A stretch of 64,000 nucleotides of DNA, from the IMG/VR virus record IMGVR_UViG_3300008448_000012, positions 50,471 to 114,470 of that record; one strand, 5' to 3'. Position numbers and translations under genes: made by a program. Each line of letters begins with the position of its first letter. The stretch's first letter is position 1. Positions 57,034-64,000 of this stretch are shown piece by piece. Below the pieces are notes generated by a model that worked only from the letters and a program-made list of their open reading frames with translations, had not been told where the DNA came from and did no database searches. The DNA is from a virus.

Positions 57034-58106
57034 ACGTACTTAATTTTACTTTTGTCAAAAAATTCCAATGCTTTCTTTAACCATTTCAGCTCAACATCTT
57101 CGTTGCTACTGATTATGTATATTTTTGCCTTCTTGTCTGGATTATTATATTCCATAGCCATACATCGATTTATCTTTTGGGCAAGATTCTCTCCATTGCT
57201 ATCAAAATAATTAATAATCACCTTATTGAGAGGTTTATATGTCACCCCTGTATTTCCTATTTTAACTACAGCCATATGATTACCCTCACCTGCAGCAAAC
57301 TTTTCAAAGACATCCTTCTCGTTCTTCTTGCTATGATAGGATGGGATACCCAGTTGGTCAGCTATCTTGGTTACACCACAGAATACCAGAATACGTTCAT
57401 CTTTAAAATTCTGTAATATTCTCTTTGTGCATTCCAATTTAGCCAAACTGTTCTGTATAATACGCATTCTACCTAAACGTAAGAACATTGTGTTCTGTCC
57501 TTGTCTTTCTTTCTGATTTATCACCCAGGTGTATGCTTCAAATTGGGCTTTTTCCGTTTTCAATTTTCCCTTGTAATCCTGTTTCACTTTGTTATCCAAA
57601 GGCACCATTCTTACAATTATTTCATAATCAACAATTATTCCTTCTTCTATAGCTGTTTCTATTGGATAATGCGCTACAACAAGAAGATTTAATTCTTCAG
57701 CAAGTGTCTCTTCTGTCCATTTTGATAATGTACCTGTAAGACCAAGTACTCTCTCATTATTTGTTATCAGATCCTTGGCTGCTTCTATCTGAGCTTCAGA
57801 CAGTAAATGAATCTCATCTATTACAACAAGATCAAATGACTCATCTTTATACTTATGCATAGATAGGTGAGTGGTGTAGGTGATGTTGTCATTCTTATAC
57901 CTCATCTCCTCAAAATCACTAATCCAAGAATCCTTAATCTTATTGTCTGGATAGGCAATAAGAATATCTTTAGGTTTGAGCTTATTCAGAATATTGATTG
58001 TTGTTCTGATTTTACCAAACCTAGGACAGAGATTCAATATGCCAAACTTGCCACTATTAATCCATATATCAGCAAATTCAGCTTGTCTTTTATCTCTTAG
58101 TGTCAT
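57030..58106 (-). CDS. SF2 (DExH) helicase
   Basis: CPRFGKI, VIDEIH, LGLTGT and Q.INR. Confidence 0.85.
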   Translation of the reverse strand: MTLRDKRQAEFADIWINSGKFGILNLCPRFGKIRTTINILNKLKPKDILIAYPDNKIKDSWISDFEEMRYKNDNITYTTHLSMHKYKDESFDLVVIDEIHLLSEAQIEAAKDLITNNERVLGLTGTLSKWTEETLAEELNLLVVAHYPIETAIEEGIIVDYEIIVRMVPLDNKVKQDYKGKLKTEKAQFEAYTWVINQKERQGQNTMFLRLGRMRIIQNSLAKLECTKRILQNFKDERILVFCGVTKIADQLGIPSYHSKKNEKDVFEKFAAGEGNHMAVVKIGNTGVTYKPLNKVIINYFDSNGENLAQKINRCMAMEYNNPDKKAKIYIISSNEDVELKWLKKALEFFDKSKIKYV

Positions 58107-58312
58107 CAGTTATCATTAAGTTGGTAAACCACTGTTTCATCATTGCTATGAATCAACAATGTAGCTGACCAAAATAGCCACTCAAAATTAAAAGCTACAT
58201 GCCAATCTGATGAATTAACTGTTTGTTTATACAGTGCTACAGTGGGGATAAATACAAGTTGCCAGTAATTATTGCTCCTCTTGGGAGCATTGCTCAAAAA
58301 TAATAGTTTCAT
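58106..58312 (-). CDS. Hypothetical protein
   Basis: Coupled ORF. Confidence 0.55.
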   Translation of the reverse strand: MKLLFLSNAPKRSNNYWQLVFIPTVALYKQTVNSSDWHVAFNFEWLFWSATLLIHSNDETVVYQLNDN

Positions 58313-59370
58313 TTAATAAAATAAGATTTGTTAATTACACTGTCATAAACATCGTCTGTCATATTTGATTTCTTAGGAAGCTCTTTGAACATACCCACCT
58401 GACCAAGAAATGCAAGACCAACACGTACATCATCTTCTCCATAGCTATTCTTAATTAGTCTAAGAGATCTGAAATACTTTGCACCTGTGACATTATCCCT
58501 GAGCCTTGATGTGTCATATCCAGATGTGTCTGTTACATTATATCTAAGTGGATCAAACAATGCAAGAACTACGTCTGCATCATTCTGTGTACTAGAACTC
58601 TCTGCAAAATCTTCCAATTGAGGCTCTACATCACCACTCTTAATCCTCTGGATATTTGAAATTGACCTATTGAACTGACTTACAGCTACAGGTGTATAAC
58701 CAAAGAAATCTCTGGCATACCTGAGCTCATCAGACATTTTATCAATTGCATCTTTCTTAGAGGGTTGGTCTTTTGTAGTTTTAATCAAACCAACGTGATC
58801 CAATATTACAATTGTTATTTCATTCTCATCATTTGGGAAATAACGCTTGTTATATTCATCCACTTGTTCAATTCTACCATGTTTCAAAGCATGTGCTTTA
58901 AGTTCTTTGGCAATACCTACAGCATTCTCTGGACCATCGATGATTGTTATGACATCTTCCATTTGATTCATGTAGTCTTCATACATAAGGAATAAATCAT
59001 GCTCATCATGTGTCATCTTCTCTGTCCAACCTAACATCTTTTGAACAGGGAGAACAACTGCGTGATCCAGGAATATTTTCCTACTAATCCATTTCGCAAA
59101 CTTATACGTTCTACTACGCTCCATTGAACGATATATGATGCGTAACTTCAATTTTGGCTCTTTCTGACTGATATACCAATCAAATGGATTCAAAACAAAG
59201 GCATCATCAATAAAACTTGTTTTACCAGAACCTGTTAAACCACCAACAAGAAAATACATAGATTTCCTTATACCGATGTACTTATTGAGTCTGTCAAATC
59301 CCATTGGAATACCTCCATTTCTACCATCAAGCCCTGCCTGCACTTCATTTCTCAATAACTCAAAACTCAT
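58309..59370 (-). CDS. dnaB: Replicative DnaB-like helicase
   Basis: GLTGSGKTS, SME, ILDHVGL, VSQFNR and QNDADVVL. Confidence 0.85.
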   Translation of the reverse strand: MSFELLRNEVQAGLDGRNGGIPMGFDRLNKYIGIRKSMYFLVGGLTGSGKTSFIDDAFVLNPFDWYISQKEPKLKLRIIYRSMERSRTYKFAKWISRKIFLDHAVVLPVQKMLGWTEKMTHDEHDLFLMYEDYMNQMEDVITIIDGPENAVGIAKELKAHALKHGRIEQVDEYNKRYFPNDENEITIVILDHVGLIKTTKDQPSKKDAIDKMSDELRYARDFFGYTPVAVSQFNRSISNIQRIKSGDVEPQLEDFAESSSTQNDADVVLALFDPLRYNVTDTSGYDTSRLRDNVTGAKYFRSLRLIKNSYGEDDVRVGLAFLGQVGMFKELPKKSNMTDDVYDSVINKSYFIK

Positions 59371-59993
59371 ATGTCGAATGTTTTAGGAGGTTCATTTTGA
59401 ACAATAACCTTTTGTCCTTCTCTTATAAGCTCAACAAATGGTTCAAATGTTCTTTGATTCAGATATGTTAGAGAATTTTGCATAAAGCTGAGTTTATTGG
59501 AAGCAGCCTTAACTGAATTCTCCTTCTTCTGTAAAACCTCAAACTCAAGAGCTGCAATTAGATCATCTATGGTATATTCACCCTCAGACAAAATCTTGTT
59601 CAACTTGAGCTTACATTCATCTTTCTTTACACGCATGCTTCTTGTACCCGTGAAACTCTTTCCCTTGTATTTAAATGTATCAGTGCCTGGATAGGCTTTC
59701 CACCATCTGTCAAATTCCTCCACTGGTCTCTTCTGTTTCACATATGTTTCTTCAGAAGGACTATCAAGGAAGGCAAGAAGATTCTTGCCCTCCACTGTGA
59801 GTTTGTTTTCCTCACTGATAAGCCCTTTCCTCATAGCAGTGTGACAGAGTAGGGATATTTTTGCAGAAGGGGATTCAGGAATATCATCCCCCTGATTCAA
59901 CATCATCAAAAGGAAGATCATATCCAACGTATACCCTTTGCTTATTATACTCTCGAACTTTTGGAAGTTCATCTGGATTGATACTTGCACCAT
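59367..59993 (-). CDS. Replication initiator / helicase-loader-like protein
   Basis: FDRWWKAYP...MQNSLTYLNQRTFE; directly upstream of dnaB. Confidence 0.6.
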   Translation of the reverse strand: MVQVSIQMNFQKFESIISKGYTLDMIFLLMMLNQGDDIPESPSAKISLLCHTAMRKGLISEENKLTVEGKNLLAFLDSPSEETYVKQKRPVEEFDRWWKAYPGTDTFKYKGKSFTGTRSMRVKKDECKLKLNKILSEGEYTIDDLIAALEFEVLQKKENSVKAASNKLSFMQNSLTYLNQRTFEPFVELIREGQKVIVQNEPPKTFDI

Positions 59994-60123
59994 CTTTAAT
60001 CACTTTAATAATTGCTGCATTTCTCTCAATCTCCTGCTCAAGTTCTTGCTTCAACAGAAGAATGCTCTCTTGCAAATATATGGTTTCCTTCAGGAAATCC
60101 CTCTCAAAATCCTCTTGAATCAT
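59884..60123 (-). CDS. Hypothetical protein
   Basis: 79 aa acidic, ends DLPF-like. Confidence 0.5.
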   Translation of the reverse strand: MIQEDFERDFLKETIYLQESILLLKQELEQEIERNAAIIKVIKDGASINPDELPKVREYNKQRVYVGYDLPFDDVESGG

Positions 60124-60135
60124 AAATAAAAGTTT

Positions 60136-60687
60136 TTAATAAGAAGCCCAACCAAAGAATACCCATTTACCTTCCTTTTCATCAGAAGACTTTTTATATG
60201 TTACTCTGGCTACAGTGGTGGTACCTTTCTCAAGACATTTTTCCATTACAATATTGGTGCTCTTCTCATTCTTCTCTGTATACTCTCTAGCTTTCTTCAG
60301 AGCTTCACCTTTGGTATTGAATGCACCAATCTTATTGTCCCAACTATAGACAACATATTTAAGAACCCATTTCTTTGTACCAGGAACAACAACATGCTCC
60401 ACTTGAGTCTTGATCTTATTCTTGTTCTCACGTGGTTCCTCAAGACAAATAGCTTGTGCTCCCTGATGCTTAGTGAGCCTATCTGCTGACTCATTCATAA
60501 ATTGCATCAAGCTCTTACCACTAGCCTTGAATTCTTTGGTGATATCCCTGTAGCCTGCTGAACAATTAATCTCACCACTATAGCCTTGTTGATGACCATG
60601 TTCCTCTTCAGCACGTTCTACAGCTTTGTCATAAGCATCCTTTACATTTTTACCATAAGAGTTGTTACAAAACCAACTTGCTCCCAT
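60136..60687 (-). CDS. Hypothetical phage protein
   Basis: MGA..F...A..E.GH..GYSG.I...WVFFGWAS family pattern. Confidence 0.65.
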   Translation of the reverse strand: MGASWFCNNSYGKNVKDAYDKAVERAEEEHGHQQGYSGEINCSAGYRDITKEFKASGKSLMQFMNESADRLTKHQGAQAICLEEPRENKNKIKTQVEHVVVPGTKKWVLKYVVYSWDNKIGAFNTKGEALKKAREYTEKNEKSTNIVMEKCLEKGTTTVARVTYKKSSDEKEGKWVFFGWASY

Positions 60688-60697
60688 AAATTTGATT

Positions 60698-61084
60698 TTA
60701 GTCCCACCAGTTGTGGAGATTGTGATTTAAAAATTTAAATAACAGATTTTTTGCCCTTTCATGTTTTCTGTATCCTTTATTTGTAACATCAAAGAAAGTT
60801 TTGTCATCCAATTCTTTGCCTGAATACATCATAAAGACAGCATCTATGTACTTTTCCGTTTTTACTGCTTCTATCAAATCGATTGCTGTTTGGATCCTAG
60901 ATGCAACATTCTTACTGTCTAAGTGATAACCATTAAGAATGTGATCTCTTGTAAGCTCCAATTTCTTCTGAAGAATATTGTAGATAAAGAAATAATCCCA
61001 ATCCTCATCATACCAGAGAATTGGGATCCATTTCCATAATCTTTTTAGCCTTCGCTTAATCTTCAGGATTTTCCATTTCATCAT
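60698..61084 (-). CDS. Hypothetical phage protein
   Basis: W.D.DWDY...WWD family pattern. Confidence 0.65.
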   Translation of the reverse strand: MMKWKILKIKRRLKRLWKWIPILWYDEDWDYFFIYNILQKKLELTRDHILNGYHLDSKNVASRIQTAIDLIEAVKTEKYIDAVFMMYSGKELDDKTFFDVTNKGYRKHERAKNLLFKFLNHNLHNWWD

Positions 61085-61376
61085 TCTGAAGTTTTTCTGA
61101 TAACAAAAGCTTTTCGTATGGACTAGGTACTATCTTCAATCCAAATTGTAGATTGAACCAATCCATAGTCTTTTGGGCATTCTTCTTATTACATCTGTAC
61201 ACCTTCTTAACCAATGGTATGGCATATGCCATAAATTCATCAAATTGTTCTGGTGTCATTGTAAAATTGAAATACCACTGCTCATCAGCAAGAGCATCTT
61301 CCCATGTCTTACCAACCATTTCCAGCTCATATCTGATAAGATGTTCTGCAAGGTTTTCACGTGTTAATTTTTCCAT
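61056..61376 (-). CDS. Hypothetical protein
   Basis: Likely start MEKLTRE. Confidence 0.6.
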   Translation of the reverse strand: MEKLTRENLAEHLIRYELEMVGKTWEDALADEQWYFNFTMTPEQFDEFMAYAIPLVKKVYRCNKKNAQKTMDWFNLQFGLKIVPSPYEKLLLSEKLQNDEMENPED

Positions 61377-61386
61377 AATAGACGTA

Positions 61387-63351
61387 TTAAAATAAAGACA
61401 GCTGATTAGGATTAACAACCACCTTACGTTTCTTACCTTCATAAAGAATCTTATGTACAATCCTTTCTGCTTTCTCTATGTAATAATCATAGTTTATGTT
61501 ATCAAGAGGATGATCTGGTAATAGATGATTACAAACTGTACACACCCATTCTCCAGCTTCCACTTGAGATACATCAGCAGCATTGGTTTGACATTCAGGA
61601 TTCTTCACCTTCAGAAGCTTTTCTCCTGTATTGCTCACATAATACCTTATAAGCTTGTTATAGACAGTTTTCTCACCACGTGCTCTATTCCATCCTTCAT
61701 AGTGAAAATCTTTACTAGACTTTTGTCTAAGACAAAAATCATAAATATTCCTATGAGCCATAATAGTAGTAGCAACAGGTATATCGTGTACATAATAAGC
61801 CTCGAGAGCAATAGGAACAATACGACCAGACTTGTTTTTATGAAGTTCAAAATCTGTAAGGAAATCTCCCTTCTTCTTGATTTCTCCATCTGTTTTAATT
61901 GCTATGTAATCATTAACGGTTGAAAAGATAATCTTCTGATAATCAGTGCGTTCTAGCTCATAACTCGTCAATTCCATCCACCATTTGTTGATGTCATCCA
62001 TCTTCTTGGTGTCTGTTTTCTTAATCATGATTGTAACACCATCTGTATTTGCAGATATGACATGTATACCAGCAAGTTCATATGCTTCAATCAACATCAT
62101 CAGGCTCAACTCACCTGTAATAGTGGTGAACATTGTCAATTGTCTATCATATATCCAATTCTGCATGTCAGAACTCTTACCATATACAGAGTTTACAGCA
62201 AGCTTTAGAGCACCAACTATACCCTTGATACGCTTATCTTTCTTTGCTAAGGGCTTAAGTTCCAACCTCTTATCAAACATAGCCTTATAACCACGAAGAA
62301 ACTCTTTTCCCAAATGTGCAGGATAACGTCCATTATTAATGATGATGGCTGGATAATAACTGCTTACATCCCAATCAACAATCAAATGTTCATCATCTGC
62401 CTCAAACACCTTTGGTTTATTCTCTGTATGCAAACCACCTTTCATAAAAGAATATACATTATCATAGAAATGTATTTCTTCTTTGAAATCATCTTGCATA
62501 CCAAGAGACTTCTTTTTAATGCTGCTGAGAAAATCAGATAGCTCAGGTGTTTGGAACTTGATATAATCAGCTATACAATTCCTAACTCTTACATCTTTCC
62601 TGAATGTTCCTTTCTTTGGAAGCTCCCTATATTCTATTCCTTTCTCCTGGCAATAAAACTTCTTAATCATTTCATCACCAATCTTACTGTCTGAATAGTT
62701 TAGACAAGGAATACCAAATTCAGCTTCTATGTCTTGTCTCAGCTCAATCTGATTGTTTCCTTTATACAGAGGATGAGAACAATCACCAATGGTGATTTTA
62801 TAGAATTCATAAGTGGCTGTAACATCATTCCTACAATATTCCTTGGTAAGCCTGATTTCATCTTCAGACATATCTATTGTATTGTGATGTATGGGCATCT
62901 CTTCTATGTTCTCAAGATCCATCTCAAACTCAAGCCTCTTCAAACTCACCATCCTATTCTTATTTGAAAAATGGTGAATCTCAAAAAGATCTATGATTTT
63001 AAAGCTTAATTGATTTTCTCTATATTTAGGTAAAAGACCAAAATTTGAGTCATCTATTGTGTCTTTTGCGTTCTGAGCAATGATTTTACATATTTCAAGT
63101 CTTCCTTTTTCTATCCAGTTATGATGTTCTCTAATAATAAACTCTAAAACTTGACTATCAAATCTTAATCCATTGTATGTAACAAAATAATGATCACTCT
63201 TTTTTTCAAAATAATGCACCATTTGAATAATATGATCGTGATTTTTATTCACTTCAAACTCATTCCATTCATTTAATTGAGGATCATAACATGTACATAG
63301 AAAAAACTCAGCCATTGTTTCTATATCCACAATTATTACTGGTAATTTCAT
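61387..63351 (-). CDS. polB: Family B DNA polymerase
   Basis: Exonuclease motifs DIET, YNGLRFD and YCRNDV; polymerase motifs DVSSYYP, KLAVNSVYGK and SANTDG. Confidence 0.95.
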   Translation of the reverse strand: MKLPVIIVDIETMAEFFLCTCYDPQLNEWNEFEVNKNHDHIIQMVHYFEKKSDHYFVTYNGLRFDSQVLEFIIREHHNWIEKGRLEICKIIAQNAKDTIDDSNFGLLPKYRENQLSFKIIDLFEIHHFSNKNRMVSLKRLEFEMDLENIEEMPIHHNTIDMSEDEIRLTKEYCRNDVTATYEFYKITIGDCSHPLYKGNNQIELRQDIEAEFGIPCLNYSDSKIGDEMIKKFYCQEKGIEYRELPKKGTFRKDVRVRNCIADYIKFQTPELSDFLSSIKKKSLGMQDDFKEEIHFYDNVYSFMKGGLHTENKPKVFEADDEHLIVDWDVSSYYPAIIINNGRYPAHLGKEFLRGYKAMFDKRLELKPLAKKDKRIKGIVGALKLAVNSVYGKSSDMQNWIYDRQLTMFTTITGELSLMMLIEAYELAGIHVISANTDGVTIMIKKTDTKKMDDINKWWMELTSYELERTDYQKIIFSTVNDYIAIKTDGEIKKKGDFLTDFELHKNKSGRIVPIALEAYYVHDIPVATTIMAHRNIYDFCLRQKSSKDFHYEGWNRARGEKTVYNKLIRYYVSNTGEKLLKVKNPECQTNAADVSQVEAGEWVCTVCNHLLPDHPLDNINYDYYIEKAERIVHKILYEGKKRKVVVNPNQLSLF

Positions 63352-64000
63352 TTAGTAATTTTTAATGTTTTTAAATAGGTTTCTCGTTTTACTGCTGTTG
63401 ATATAGCTCCTTGGTTAACATTTATAATATTCACAATATCCTTAGATGTTGCTGTTCCAACAAATGTTCCAAAACATGTGTAGATCTTGTAAGGTCCTTC
63501 ACATTCACTTATGTTAAGAAACACATCATCCCAATAAGCTTTTACATCACTTAAAGAGACATCGATGTCTGAAAACAAGTACATGCTAGATTTTGAATCA
63601 ATCAATGTCTTTTTTGGATTAATATTGTTCATTTTTCTATGTACGTTTGGAGCAACTGTTTCAAATTCCTGTGCACATTTATACAAATCTGAGAAATCTT
63701 TATAAAAATCACCATATATTGTATGTACTCTAACAGGTCTTTTGTGAGCACCAATGCTCATTTTAGTTTTTGTTTCATCAGACACTGCACATTTTCCATT
63801 AGGAGCTGTTGGATCAATATTATAGCCATGTTTTCTATTATGAGCATCTAACATATTACACCAATAGTTTTCTTGAGAATAAATAAACAACTCGTCACAG
63901 TCTTCTAAAACATCAAATATAAAGTGTTCTTCTCCATATTTATTAAAAGAACTCTGCAGATGAACATTATGATGAATGTTTCCTCTAAGAGCAACCTTGT
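63348..64000 (-). CDS. GIY-YIG-type homing endonuclease, 5'-truncated
   Basis: The frame extends to the window edge (..HHNVHLQSSFNKYGEEHF.F..E.YW...GYN), with SDETKTKMS repeat. Confidence 0.7.
   Translation of the reverse strand, partial: KVALRGNIHHNVHLQSSFNKYGEEHFIFDVLEDCDELFIYSQENYWCNMLDAHNRKHGYNIDPTAPNGKCAVSDETKTKMSIGAHKRPVRVHTIYGDFYKDFSDLYKCAQEFETVAPNVHRKMNNINPKKTLIDSKSSMYLFSDIDVSLSDVKAYWDDVFLNISECEGPYKIYTCFGTFVGTATSKDIVNIINVNQGAISTAVKRETYLKTLKITK

Noticed and set aside
41014-63351. Inteins or introns in nrdJ, dnaB or polB
   Set aside because: Lengths are normal, motifs are contiguous, and no intein C1...HN signatures were seen.
1-64000. Stop-codon reassignment (TAG/TGA) as seen in some crAss-like phages
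   Set aside because: Long genes are intact under code 11, and TAG and TGA act as true stops at coupled gene junctions.
1-64000. CRISPR array, tRNAs or a diversity-generating retroelement
   Set aside because: Intergenic gaps are very short. I saw no spaced direct repeats, no cloverleaf, no reverse transcriptase and no adenine-only TR/VR pair.

Overview
The window is 64 kb of an AT-rich, densely coded dsDNA phage genome of crAss-like type (Crassvirales or a relative). The host is inferred to be a Bacteroidota species, because repeated TTG-N19-21-TAnnTT(T/C)G promoters are present. Two arms converge on a bidirectional terminator at about 34.9 kb. The + arm (1-34.9 kb) is the virion/late module. 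It carries a giant, 5'-truncated virion RNA polymerase (GSDFDIDK motif), a second polyvalent ejected protein (ART-like, degenerate zincin and PD-(D/E)xK domains), tail fibres and a lysis cassette. It also holds two paralog arrays that share short N-terminal 'anchor' modules, interleaved with poly-Thr peptides and an HPAT/SGT-like glycosyltransferase, then a ferritin-like protein and a run of tiny Lys-rich proteins with an xKxGG motif. The - arm (34.9-64 kb) is the replication/metabolism module: PolB, DnaB, SF2 helicase, AAA ATPase, SSB, primase, DUF932, UDG, rIIA/rIIB-like pair, PD-(D/E)xK exonuclease, gp88, class II RNR, RecA, dUTPase, PhoH, SNase and GT2. Six free-standing homing endonucleases lie across the two arms, five of them on the - arm. 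The best candidate for an undescribed system is the 23.2-32.8 kb locus, which looks like a modular virion surface-display and protein O-glycosylation system. All family assignments come from motifs recognised by eye; no searches were run.
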